Of a DNA stretch of 64,000 bases, positions 40,600 to 54,868 are shown in pieces (position 1 is the stretch's first letter; every line of letters begins with the position of its first letter). The position numbers were made by a program, and so were the translations under genes. Under the pieces are notes generated by a model. The model saw only the letters and a list, made by a program, of their open reading frames with translations. It was not told the origin of the DNA and did no database searches. Origin of the DNA: Octopus sinensis (lineage: Eukaryota); contig NC_042998.1 of NCBI RefSeq assembly GCF_006345805.1, forward strand, positions 75,640,001 through 75,704,000, in the 5' to 3' direction.

Positions 40600-41800
40600 C
40601 TAGCAACCTACATTACATCTAAGGTAATTCATATGGACTACAGGTGATCTTGCAATTGTTCGGATTGAAAAAGAATGATGTTTTACAAGTGGTAAAAGGA
40701 GGACGTGGTGCGAGTCAATGTGTGTAGATGCGATTTCAAAATTGAACACGCCTTTTACAACCGTTATAGGCAAATATGAAACCACAAAATGTGCTCCTGA
40801 AATGCATGAGTGGGTGTATAATGTGATATGAAGTGAGTATTTTGTTATGTTTGTTAAGTTTTTAAATCAAATAATATTTGTGGGGAAAGCGGGAACTGGA
40901 AATATGGTGTTTTATAGGTCGAATGTTTGTTAAAATATCTTTAACTTTTTAACTTATATTTATATCAGCTAAGCGTAGAGACAAAGTTCCTGCAAATCAG
41001 AACAGGGATTTTGATCTGACATGTGTGCGGAATATTTATATGAGTCCATTTCATAGTGTTCTTGGGCCAAAAATGTATCGTATGATAATCTAGAGGTGGT
41101 ATATGATATATAAGTTTAAAATATATTGATAGAAGTGATGTTTCTGGCTTGGTATAAGCAAGATCATGAGTTTGGGAATGTGGCTCGGTATAAGCAAGAT
41201 CATGAGTTTGGGAGTGTGTGCTGTTGAATTAGTATACCGAGGAAAGGAGGTAATTGGCTCTGAAAATTTTTAGTGTCGCGTGTATATAAGAGAATAATAT
41301 ATATTTGAGTGGAAGTGTTTGTTAATCTTTATCCGGTGGTTGTAATAGTACAAATATATGGTGGTTGTAATAACTACGGCGAGTTTGGTTATTGAATCTA
41401 CCTTAAATTATGTAAATTAATTGTTACTGTTGCAGGCGTATGTCTAAGAAAAAAAAGCAGCATTAGTTTCAGGTTGTAGGCTGTTGAGTATTTCTGTAGT
41501 TTAGAACTAACATGTTAAGTAATTTTGTGAGTTTGTTTTTTAAGATTGCTGGCATTTTACGATGTTGTGTCAATGGAACATTTGTTTGGTATAAAAGTTG
41601 TAATTAGTTCTCTTAGTTTTCATAGCTTGGAGTGCTTGGAGAAGATAAGGCCGGAATAAAATGTTTAATGTACTCCTGGAGTTGTGGTGTTTATTATACA
41701 AATTTATTTATTTACTTCGTAAAACCAAAACTATGGCTTAGGTCTTTTAATGATTTACTTCTACTGAATATTATTACGAGACTTTTCTTCATATAACACC
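40600..41800 (-). mobile_element. Possible very old Penelope-like ORF remnant
   Basis: Faint motifs only: HILWFH..FFNPNNCKIT (cf. WFN..KISY) and KYSTAYNLK. Confidence 0.3.
41145..41216 (+). repeat. 36-bp tandem duplication
   Basis: tggct(t/c)ggtataagcaagatcatgagtttggga(a/g)tg x2. Confidence 0.9.
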
Positions 41801-42612
41801 TAAAATTCTAACAGTATCTTGTTTCAAACTAATGAATTTTAAAATTATAATTGCATAGACATTTCCATTTTGTTATGGAATGCCAATTAACTTTTAGTAC
41901 CTTTATGTGAAATTCTGAATTTTATCTTGAATAAATTGAAGTTGCATTCATCATCTAGCTCACATATGTCACTTTCATTTATGTTCAATATTATTCTTCT
42001 TGAAAGGTTTCACTTTAAATCGAATATAAGATATCTAAACTTGTGCATTAAAAAAAAGGAAAATTTGGTTAATATCAATATTCTATAAGAAAATATACAT
42101 ATATCTTTAAATTTTATCACCTTATATCTAGAGATGATGTAGATGTTGAATAATAGAAAATGAGCTATTGTCAATTACTGGATAACTGCCAAAAACGCAA
42201 CGATATGCAAATATTAATTTAAAACACAGTTTGATATTTTTATTAAGCTGTAACTAATTCATCTAGCCGCATAGTCTGTACATGTGTAACATTAAACTGC
42301 ACCAAGTTTGTTATGTGTTGAAATAACGTTGGCGAAAACGAAACAAACTATATATTACATCTAAAAGACGAGCAGATACACATATTGGAAAAGTTGGGAT
42401 GTAAAATAAGATATTGACATTAAATAAAAACTGTCAATAGAAACTTAAAAATAGCAAATATACATAGTTACAATGTTGATGCTAACAAATGTGTACAGTT
42501 CTCCATAACACTGCCTTGCACGTTGTAGTCTGTGTTTTCTCTAACAGTTGCCGCAAACAGAAAATCGATAAAAGTCGGGTTAAGTTATAAGATTTTGTAT
42601 CAATCTTATTAC

Positions 42613-42617
<5 letters not shown>

Positions 42618-42685
<68 letters not shown>

Positions 42686-42736
42686 GCTCTCTCTCTCTCT
42701 TTCTCTCTCTCTCTCGCGCTCTCTTTCTCTCTCCCT
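42618..42736. repeat. (CT)n microsatellite
   Basis: Direct reading. Confidence 0.95.
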
Positions 42737-43502
42737 CTTTGCTGTATGGCTCGCACTGAATATTTTTTCTCTTCTTACCATCAACTCTCATTTTCTCACT
42801 CTCTCACACTCTCTCTTTTTCACTCTTCATGTTTCTTATATTTCTTTCATACCCTTGTAATTTACCTCACACCCACCGCTTTATAAAGCGGTGGAAGTGA
42901 GGTAAATAGAGTCGTATACAACTATATTCAGTTTCTAGAACTTCATATATATGGTATTTCTAAATACGTTATTATAGCTAAATATTTCCCAAAGATATAA
43001 TTTATCTTTATAAAATCACTGCGTCTCATTATTTTAATTATTATATCTACAGGGATCTATGCATTTATGGGAAGCAAATTGATTTTTCAAATCCTGATAA
43101 CCCATTACATGGGACATATAAGCTTTTATATCTCTGAAAGCATTTTACAACTATACTATTTGCAAAATATGATCCATACAAAATCACATATTTTAGTATT
43201 TACGCGTAACTTGTACATTTAACACTCTTTTATTTTATGCAACTCTTGACTTAGCATAATAATTAATAATTATATTAGAAGTTAAGTCAAGGCATATATA
43301 TCATATATATTATTTCAGTGTATTTTACGACGACTTTGGGTGAAAAGGTTATCTGACATTGCTACATGATTTCCAGAACTTAGTTTACATCACAAGTGAT
43401 AAATAGTAGCCAGTAAGTAGCTTGATTTTGCTTTGTGCTCTATATTTTAAAATCTCATAAGGAATATATCGGAAACAGTTTTTCTGTGGTTCCCTTGATC
43501 AG

Positions 43503-43727
43503 AACGAACGGTATTGAACAGATATCTGTGGCTACTTTGATAGGAACAATTGGTATTGGACAGATATCTGTGGCTACTTTGATAGGAACGATTGGTATTG
43601 GGCAGATATCTGTGGTTACTTTGATAGGAACGATTGGTATTGGGCAGATATCTGTGGCTACTTTGATAGGAACGATTGGTATTGGGCAGATATCTGTCGC
43701 TACTTTGATAGGAACGATTGGTATTGG
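43503..43727 (+). repeat. 42-bp minisatellite, ~5.4 copies
   Basis: Unit aacgattggtattgggcagatatctgtggctactttgatagg. Confidence 0.95.
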
Positions 43728-44999
43728 TGTGAATCACATTGTTAGTTTTTGTGAAAGTCTTGCGCAGAAAGAGTACAAGCGTAGACACGACAAAGTAGCC
43801 CAAAACCTCCACTGGCCGTAAGTATGAATATGAGGTTCGGGTGCTTGGTACCAACATACACTGGAAAAGGTAATGGACGAAAAGGGGAAGGCAAAAGTCT
43901 TCTGGGACATTGATTTCCAGACAGACAAAGTGTTACAGCACCGAAGGCTGGATATAGTAACCTTTAGGAAGGACTATCAAGAGTGCCTAACAATCGACGT
44001 AGCACTTCCAGATCAACATATCATCATGAAAGAAAGAGAAAAATTTGATATATGTGGAGACCTGATAACTGAGATCGCTAAGATGTGGCAGCTGCGAGAG
44101 TCGAATATAAAGGTTATCCCTATTGTCATAGGAACATCAGGTTCAATACTAACCAATCTGAAAAACATCTGAAAACCTTAGAGATACCCACGTAAACAAC
44201 AAGGTTGACTTGGCCCGCAAGATGTGCTCCTGGATTCTGAGAACTTCCCGATCTAGAGATACCTACGCCATCATCCTTTTCTACTCTACTTTTGCCCGAC
44301 CCCACCATGAGTACTGTTGCTCATTGTGGTCACCACCATCGCCATACGAAGTAACTCATGAAAGTAGAAGCACTCCAGAGGTCCATAACAAGAAAGATAG
44401 ACGGCATGAGAGGCATTGATTATTGCGATCGACTAAAAAACTCAATCTCTACTCTCTCCAACGCCACCGGGAGCGCTACATCATTTGTGTTATGTGGAAA
44501 ATATTCCATCAATATTGCACAAATGATGGTGGCATCAATTTTAAAATCCATCCAAGACTTGTCCCCCATGCTATCTGCCCACTACAAAAATCGGACTCGG
44601 TACACATAGCAATATTATGTCACAATTACTTTACCTGGACAAATTTCTTCAAATAATCCCGGATCAACCTCCTATACCCGGATATGCCTCCAACAATACT
44701 AACTCTTTGCTAGATTGGGCTATGGTGTCCCATATATGACTAAAAAAAACTTCACCATGTGGTGCTACTGAGTTAGACATGGCCTGGGCCTATACTGGCC
44801 GAAACCTATCAAAGTTATCAAAGTTATACCCTACAATCTAGATGTATTGCAAAAGTCGGCATTACTTGGAACTGCACGCATATTGCGTAACGTACTGGCT
44901 GTCTGAGGTCCTTGTTGGGACTTGACAAACAGTACAAACCCCCGGTAGACACAATATCTTCAATCAACAACCTCAAGATTTTGCATACTGTGCGACGTC

Positions 45000-45050
<51 letters not shown>
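43728..45050 (+). mobile_element. R4/Dong-like non-LTR 3' end (zinc knuckle + REL), interrupted at 44190-44825, with (TAA)n tail
   Basis: NHIVSFCESLAQKEYKRRHDKVA, FWDIDFQTDK..RRLDIV..IDVALP, VIPIVIG..LKKHLKTLEIP | PYNLDVLQKSALLGTARILR. Confidence 0.88.
44190..44825 (+). mobile_element. 5'-truncated CR1/L2-group LINE nested in the R4-like element
   Basis: ARKMCSWILRT..KVEALQRSITRKI..YSLQRHRERY..IIPDQPPIPGY. (ATCAAAGTT)n tail; ATACCC TSD at 44184-44189 and 44826-44831. Confidence 0.88.
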
Positions 45051-45051
<1 letters not shown>

Positions 45052-45151
45052 GCAAAAAAAGAAGAGTGCCATTGTTATCAAGTGGACGATATTTCGGCAT
45101 CTACCGTGCCTTCCACAGGTTCAAAAAATAAACTTGTCTATCTACTTCATT

Positions 45152-45268
<117 letters not shown>

Positions 45269-46329
45269 GAAAATGAAAATGGCCACTTAAGATATGGGAA
45301 ATACCGATGAGATATTCAATATAAGCCGTTATACATACACTTTTGGTTTCGTACAACAAAACTCGATACGCCATAATTCTAAGCTTATAATTCGGGAAAT
45401 ATCACAAAACTGATGAATTCTGTCTATAAACAAATTTCACATTAAACAAAGATTTTCTAACATTTTTTTTAACATTTTCGTAGACACGAACGTTGAAGTC
45501 ATATGTTTAACCAATTAATAACATTTAAGATGGCCCGAGAAAACAATTAACCGATGCTAATTAGCGGTATCAATTTCGTGCCAGTAAGTTTTTCAATTTT
45601 CGTCCAATTTCTTTGGTGAATGCTCGTTGTTCTTTGGATGAAAAACATTTTTATTACATTTGAAATGACCGATGGCTTCGCAACAATGAATAGTGAAGAG
45701 AATTGAATAATCAAAGAGACAGCGACAAAAATAGGAATTAATTTTCGTAGTGTAGAAGCATATTGCCGCACAGTCAACAACGGATATGTATAAAGCGGCG
45801 ATGGAAAAGATGAGCAGGTGACAATGAGTCTTACTAAACCCGTCCCAACTGCTTTTTTTCTTCTTTGAAATCTCATAAGATTAAATAAATGGCAGAAAGA
45901 TAGATCAACACTTCTGGCACTTCATTATTGGTTTTGTGATAACAATTCTTAAATCCTTGTTTCCAGCATACTCTAACGTGCATAAATTCAAAAGACTGTT
46001 CTTTGAAAAAGCATTGAAGCAAAGTATAAAATCATTTATTAATGTCAAAATGGAAGTTAATAAATTTGGAATTTATTCTCCAATAATTAATATATAAACT
46101 ACTCCGGCTTATTCATTTCCTTCTTTGATATAATTACATTATATGAAACGGTTTTCTTTATTGGAGTATGTTATCAATTTGTAATCTTTTCTTCGTAGAC
46201 AACATGTGAGTAAATATTTACTTCCTCTGGCACTTCAGTTCACTTCATCGAATCAATTATCATATCCAACATTTCTACAACTAAACACGCGAACTGATGG
46301 ATTTCTGCAAAAGTTTCGACCCTATATAT

Positions 46330-46363
<34 letters not shown>

Positions 46364-46574
46364 ATATTATATTAAATTAGAGATAAAACCACTATTGATT
46401 TGCCTAATAGTGGTTTTATCTCTAATTTAATATAATATAATATAATCTAATATAATATAATATAATATATTTATACTATAAAATTGGATTTAATCCTAAA
46501 TCTGATTTTTCCCTGTAAGTTTGGATTTATTCCCTAATATTTTATTATATATATATAAGAAATTAAAAAATAAT

Positions 46575-48140
46575 TTTTGTCTAGTTTCAGCTCAGAGCTG
46601 CGGCTATGCTGATGCACCGCCGTTTTGTTACACTGTTATTACTGAGAGCCTCCTCCAATATGTGGCACTTGTTGAAGAATGGAGTTTAATGTATCTACCC
46701 TCATTTGCACCTCTTGCCGTGAGGTAGGTTCACCTGGGACTCTCGACAGGAAGAGGTCCAGATTTGATTTAAAAACCGCTACATCTACTTTGTGCAAGTT
46801 CCTCAGACTCTTTGCATACCCCTCCCGTTTTCTCTCCAGGTAGTAGAGCCTTAGCTGTTTCAACCTTTCCCAGTAGCTGAGCAGTTGCAAAAAGACGATC
46901 TTCTTTGTGAACCTTCTCTGGATTGCTTCAAGGTCCGCTGTAAATTTCACACTGGTGCGTGACCATAGCTGTGAGCAGTAATCAAGGTGGCTGAGGACGA
47001 ATGCCCGCCAGATCATGGTTTCCTTATCTCTGGTTCTGAATGTTCTTAGGATCCAGCCAGCCAGTCGTCTGCACTTTGTCGCCATCCTGGTAATGTTCAC
47101 TTGGAAGGAGGTATTATCATTCATTTCGATACCCAGGTCTCTCACTGACTTAGGCTCTGGGATTGAAATTCCCTGAGAACCAGTGTATCCTGTAAGTTTC
47201 ATATTCAGTTTTGGATGCTGGTAGCGCAGGGCTTGGAATTTTTCAGCGTTAAACTGCATATTATTATCCTCAGCCCATCTGTAAATTGAGTCCAACTTCT
47301 GCTGTAGATGTGCAACATCACTGAGGTTCTGTATTTTCTGCGAGACTTTCGTATCATCTGCGTAGCTTGCAAGGGTGGCTATCCGAGCACTTGAGGGGAT
47401 ATCTGAAAGGGCCACTATAAAAAGCAGTGGTCCCAAGACAGTGCTCTGTGGAACACCGCTCACTATTTGTGTTTTCATAGAGGAGGCTCCATTAGCCACT
47501 ACTGCCTGACTCCTATCTTTCAGAAAGTCATGTAACCACTCTCCAAGTTTTCCAGCTATGCAAAGATCACGCAGTTTGCGTCATATCAAGCCATGATCCC
47601 CCTTGTCAAAAGCTTTTGCAAAATCAAGGTATATTACGTCCATATTTGAATTGTTGAGTAACTGTCATAATGTTGTAAGAGCTGGGTCAGGCAGCTCCTA
47701 CTCAGTCGAAAGCCATGCTAGGTATCACTCAGCAAGTTATTTTCTTCAAGGAATGCGATTAGTTTCCCTCTAATTATCCGTTCCATGACTTTGCTGATGT
47801 GTGAAGTCAGAGAGATAGGCCTATAGATTTGGGCATCTGCTCTGATTGCTTGGCAGTTTGCCATTTGCAAGAAAGCTCTGGAAGAGAATCTGAAGGGGTT
47901 TTGCCAAGGCATGCTTACACGATTTGAGGATTTCGGGGAAACCATCAGGACCAGCAGTCGAGTTTGTGTCCACTTTATCTATAGCTAGTAGAATATATTC
48001 TTCGCTAATGTCAATGCATTCCATCGTGACTGCCTCGCTGGTTATAGGTGAGGCGGCAAAGAAGTCCTCTGGTTCGTTCCCTTGTCTGTGTTCCAACAAG
48101 GTGGTAAAGACACTTTTGAACTGGTCGTTCAGTATCTCAC
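46575..48140 (-). mobile_element. 5'-truncated CR1/L2-group LINE ORF2 remnant
   Basis: AGPDGFP, YRPISLTSHISKVMERII, SGVPQSTVLGPLLF, YADDTKV, VRDLGI, LEAIQRRFTK. Confidence 0.92.
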
Positions 48141-48146
48141 TGATAT

Positions 48147-49015
<869 letters not shown>

Positions 49016-49131
49016 TATATAAAAAATTATATTAAAAATATGAAAAGTGTGCATATTTTCATTTTTTAATTTTTTATATATATTACAACTCACCACGTGG
49101 GATAATCGAAATTCCTTCTTTTGTGTTACTA

Positions 49132-49176
<45 letters not shown>

Positions 49177-49178
<2 letters not shown>

Positions 49179-49275
49179 CGTAAGAGTGGCTGTGTGGTAA
49201 GTAGCTTGCTTACGAACCAAATGGTTCCGGGTTCAGTCACACTGCGTGGCACTTTGGGCGAGTGTTTTCTACTAT
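49177..49275 (+). mobile_element. Uninterrupted SINE head (family of 2071/3995)
   Basis: cgtaagagtggctgtgtggtaagtagcttgcttacgaacc... Confidence 0.85.
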
Positions 49276-49289
49276 ATAGGAGAATTTGA

Positions 49290-49455
49290 GGACAGGAGTG
49301 TTCACAGAAGAGCGAGGTCGCACAATGCAGTCGTCAATATAACGACCATATAGTTCGGGAGAGGAAGCAGTGAATCTTGAGAATATCTGGGCATCAACGT
49401 TGCCAACGAACAGGTTCGCATAGTTGGTGCCCATTCTCGTTTCCACGGCCACTCC
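49290..49455 (-). mobile_element. Penelope-like RT core fragment
   Basis: AVETRMGTNYANLFVG..YGRYIDDCI. Confidence 0.8.
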
Positions 49456-49719
49456 CGAGAGCTATATACATATATATATGATGGAAAAAGAAGTCAAGAT
49501 AGAAAATGCTAAAATAATTTCATAAAAAACATTTTGGGACCGGTTTCAATCATTGAGACTTTTTCAGCTGTAAGTATGGAAAACAATTACATTTGAAAAA
49601 AATTAAAGAAACGCTTTTTAAAAGAATATTTGTATAGTGTTCAAATACACGTGGCATTTTCTTTGTTTTTGCCTGTCTCTGTCTCTCTTGTTTACTCTTG
49701 TGGGTTCGAGGTCGTTGTG

Positions 49720-49763
<44 letters not shown>

Positions 49764-49782
49764 CAGGCTTATACATAAACAT

Positions 49783-49836
<54 letters not shown>

Positions 49837-51560
49837 CATATATATATACATATATATGTTTCAGGCTTATACATAAACACATACACATATATACATATTA
49901 TATATTCATATATATATACATATATATACATATATGTATACACGTATATATATATATATATATATATACATATATATACATATATGTATACACGGATATA
50001 TATATATACATACATATACCGATTTATCTATATATATATATATATACATATATATAGATTTATTTATACATGTATAATATATATATATATAGTATATACA
50101 TACATACATACATACATATATACACATGTATATTAACACTTTTCTCTCGTATAATATTTTCAAGTTATACAGCAAAGTTATTTAGCAGCTACGCTTTCAG
50201 TTGTGCAAGGGTTATATGTCGCTTTGGCAACGAATTTGATCAGAGAGCTTAGTTTTGGGTTGATTAAACAAATTAACTCACGAATAACTAGAGGCAATAA
50301 ACTACACACATAACCGTTATAGTCACTGGCGAAAACGGATATAACAGTGAATGTATATGTATTATTAATTGCAAAAATGGCTCAACCTCGATGTTATTGT
50401 TAATTTATTTTATAACTTTGATCATTTAGCAATAGAAGCCTGAAAGTATATAAATAATCTATCAACTTCGAGAGAGAAAAATCTATAACTATGATTCTAG
50501 TTTCCAGAATATTTTAACACTATGTTCATGAATGAAATCTACAACTTAGTACATTTCTGGTGGATAATTTGTAGTTTAATATACTGATGGGCATTAAGTA
50601 TCAACTTTCCAAAAGTGGTTAATGATATATTTTTTAGAAAAAAATAAATTCAATAGCATTAACGTTGACTGAATACTTGATATTTTAGTTTTCTTCTTTT
50701 GCTTTCTCTCTTCTAAATCCTATATTTTTGAATTTCATCAACACTCTTCTTTCCGAAACTTTATAACACTAAATACTTAAACCATTTCTTTCGATATATT
50801 TGGCTGCTTTGTACATTTTCTTCCACGATAAGTCGTAGAATTCTGGTTAGTCCAAATACTACATCTTAATAAGAAAGATAAGAGAAGCCGTAAATATTTG
50901 ACTAATGCCTAAAAGGAAATCAATTGCAATGATGTAAATTTTCCTTATCACATATAAAGATGATCAATTCAACGTGACAGAAACATATTCTTCTGCGAAG
51001 ATAAGTAGATACGTATAAATAGAAAGCGTATTCGATATGTTGAGTTTATCAATAGGCTTGTTTTGTTGAACAGTTTCAAACTCAAACTTTAATGAATGAG
51101 TAGTCAGATAATGAGTAGTCAGATATCAGATGACAGTTGGTATGTCGACATTTTCCACTCTGTCTTCTTTATTTCCTTTATCAATCTCACATTTCCTGTA
51201 TATATGTATATTATATTCTATATTCTATTTCTATTTTTACTTTATATTTCTTTATACCCCCCTTACATCTCCTTACAACCCTTTATCCTCTACATTTTTA
51301 TATTATTCTATACTTACACTTTTTATACATTTTTTATCCCTCGTCCCGAACTCTCGCCCCTCCATCTTCACCTCTATATATGTATTTATTTATTTACATT
51401 ACCTCAACATCCAATTTTCCTCATTCTACATTGAGAGAAGAAAGAGATGGACGCTTCAACTCTATGCTGCTGCCGCATTATGTCGTACGTGAATGAGAGG
51501 ATTTGCATCCCCAACCAAGAATTTTTGATGTAACACATGTCCTTGTGGAAGCTGTTGTGC

Positions 51561-51638
51561 GCGGCTGAAGAAGGCCACAGACATACATTATGCATTGTTA
51601 TAAATCTGTCTAATAAAGGCCCGAAACATATGTACCGC
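51561..51638 (+). ncRNA. Type-I hammerhead in the pLTR
   Basis: GCGG CUGAAGA A GGCC..GGCC C GAAA CAUAUG UA CCGC; palindromic ACAUAUGU helix III; predicted cleavage after 51634. Confidence 0.75.
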
Positions 51639-51830
51639 TGAATCCTTCGCATCATGTTTTTATTTTATTTTGATCAATTTACTCCACCACCTACACCACC
51701 AAACGGTATACACAGGTGCTTATAATTATCAAGTACTCACCCCGAATTTCTATACTCAACTCACCTACGTTGTCACTAGGATCTGATCCCACGTAACCGC
51801 GACAACCTTTAGTACTTGACGAACCCAAGC

Positions 51831-54166
51831 ATGAAGATTCAAAGGATTCACACAAACTTTTCCCCCAAGGACATACCTCTCCACTCCGACAAAACTTACA
51901 CGACGACTCTCATCCACCGGACCACAGACTTTATTAGAAGAATCAGGTGGGCGGCCTACCATTTCGATAACCCGGAGAAAAGCAACCCCAACTCTAACCA
52001 AGAAGAAATAGCACACAGGAAGATATTTAAAAGCAGAAGAAACCCACCCTCTAACTACGCACTGGAAAATTTTGAAAAAGACTTAATCGACCTCATTACC
52101 AACATCAACATTAGTAAACATAAGACCATTTCCAACACCCACTTAAGGAGCCTTAAAGATTTCCTGCTTTCACTTAGGAACGATGATAGTCTTATCATAC
52201 CCGCCGACAAGACTGGGAACTGGTATAGGCTAGACTACCAAACCTACAAATCGCTCATCATGAGGGAACTTAGCAAAAAGTATAAAACTACTTCTACGGA
52301 TAACCTTAAGGAAATTAACTACAAAATCAAGGAAGTTATGAGCAAATTAGACCTCCTGGACAGAACAGAACCTATTAAACCACAAGTACCCAAAATTACT
52401 ATTAAAGACCATAAGAAAGACTTCCCAGATAGTGTAGGAGTACGATTAATCTGTCCGACTAAATCGGATATCGGCAGACTTAGCAAGACCATCCTGGACA
52501 GGGTGATTCCACACATCAAACCCCACATCCCACTCCAACTATGGATTAACACCAACGATGTGCTAGAATGGTTTAACACTATCACCAATAGGCCCGACTA
52601 CTCATTCATCCAATTCGACATAGCTAGCTACTACGCCAGTATATCCCCCATCTTACTTAACAAATCCCTTATTTTTGCCCGCAACCTTTCACTCATAGAC
52701 AGAGAAAAAATTGACATAATTCTATTAGCTAGAAAAACCATAATAGAATTCGACGGTAGACTCTGGACCAGATCCGATACCCCCGACAATTTCGATGTGG
52801 CTATGGGCTCGAGCGATTCAGCTCAGGTGACTAACTTGGTCGGGGCCTACCTGCTCAAGAAGCTTTTCTCCGAGGTACCGGATCTTCAGGGGGGTCTATA
52901 CAGAGACGACGCTCTCTTCATATACCCCACCAACAATAGGAGTAAACTAGAAAGAATTAGGAAAAAGATCAGGCTTTTTTTCAAAGCCTTCAATCTTAAA
53001 CTAGAATTTATGACCAATACTAAAATAGTAAACTTCTTAGATGTTACGTTAGATTTGAATAAGCACCTTCACTACCCGTATAGGAAACCAGAAGAAACTA
53101 CCAAATACATCCATACCTCTTCCAACCATCCACCCTGTATAATTAGCACCACGGTCCAAGCCATCTCAGACAGACTGACAAAACTATCCTCTAATAGAGA
53201 AATTTTCAATAATCATGCACAACACTACAACCAGGCTCTCTATAGTGCCGGTATAACCAGAGAATATCATATGTAGACCACCCGGGAGCGTCCGTCGGCC
53301 ATAAGACTCCCAATTATAATCGAACTCAGCACTCAACTCACACTAGCGATAATTCTAATTTAAACTCCAAACAACGTATAGGAAATAGGCGAACTAATAG
53401 AACAGCACACAATAGTAACCCTCCCGACGAGAGCAATATAGATCCTATTAGGAGAAATAGAAGGGATAATAGTAGATTACGCAAATATATATGGTTCAAC
53501 ATACCTTTCAACTTAGCAGTTAGGGGTAAGTTATGTAAGAGAATATTCTCTATAATTTCCAACAACTTCCCACCCACCCACAAGTATAGAAGTATCTTCT
53601 CCAACAAAACTATTAGGATTTCCTACTGTACCCTGCCCAACATGAGCTGCCTCATAGCTAAACATAACTATATTAATATTAGAACAGCTAGATCAAGAGC
53701 AAACCATAGCGACCAACAGAACCCCCCTCATCCAGACAGTAGACAATATAACCAGACTGGCAGCCATACTACCCAAACAGTTAGTAGGGCGAAAAACGTA
53801 ATATACTCATGTGAGGTGAGTACTCAGTTTAACACACTCACCTATATTGGTTGCTCAACCTCCTGGAAATCCAGATACTACAACCACCGGTCCTCGCTGA
53901 GACACAGACATAAGGCTAACAGCACCTCCCTCTCTAAAAGAATTTGGGAATTAAAAGACAAATGCATAGGCTTCAAACTCAGATGGTCCATCATCGGATC
54001 AGCTGCACCTTATTTAAATAATAGAGCAGGATGCCAACTATGCTGTGTAGAACTCCTTAACATCTTGAAATTCAAAGACAAACACAATCTTATTAACAAA
54101 AGGTCAGAGTTCAAACCATCCTGTATACATAAACTTATTAATACTTTCAAATACTACAATGCTTAG
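51831..54166 (+). pseudogene. PLE reverse transcriptase-GIY-YIG endonuclease polyprotein (~780 aa), single -1 frameshift near 53250-53265
   Basis: NFSPKDIP..IRRIRW, PADKTGN, KITIKDHK..VRLICP, FDIASYY, FDVAMGS, GLYRDD, FLDVTL, KYIHTSSNHP. The shifted frame is open from 53258 through WFNIPF, ISYCTLPNM, VIYSC..TYIG, YYNH, CQLC and CIH. Confidence 0.9.
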
Positions 54167-54584
54167 GTCTTATACCAACTCCCCCATGCAATTTCCTCCC
54201 ACCCGGTGCAACCTGTCGGCTCCCGCACATCCCGCTTTCCTATATGAGTAGGAAAGTCATATATGGGAGACATGAGTACGGGATTCTTTACATACGTTCT
54301 TATACACATCCTTTAATATCTTATACCTGGACCTAGAGGCGTGGGCATATACGTGTGTGTATGTAGTGATGGGCGCGCGTATATACATGTGAGCGTGTAC
54401 GCGCGTAATGTCCGTGTATATATGCGGATATTCTGTTGTATGTATGTGTGTGTATATATATATATATATGCGTGTATATAAGTAAGAATATATATATATA
54501 AAAAATATAGTCTATTGACTACTTTTTCTATACGCTAATTCACTAGTAGTAAAAATTTCTAAAATCTTTATTACCCTGATATTA

Positions 54585-54868
<284 letters not shown>

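Noticed and set aside
43435-43857. Repetitive ORFs over the 42-bp array, and the array as a CRISPR locus
   Set aside because: Contiguous tandem units without unique spacers, no cas genes, eukaryotic context; openness follows from the unit length being a multiple of 3.
45547-45876. 109-aa hydrophobic minus-strand ORF as a membrane-protein exon
   Set aside because: No recognisable motif or convincing splice sites; a BLAST/HMM search would be needed.
49530-49575. Minus-strand hammerhead-like CUGAAAA..GAAACCGGUC
   Set aside because: G8 is missing and helix I does not pair.
51831-54420. Selenoprotein recoding/SECIS, as reported for some Naiad elements
   Set aside because: No in-frame TGA in the reconstructed ORF. 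The 3' hairpin at 54235-54256 lacks SECIS geometry.
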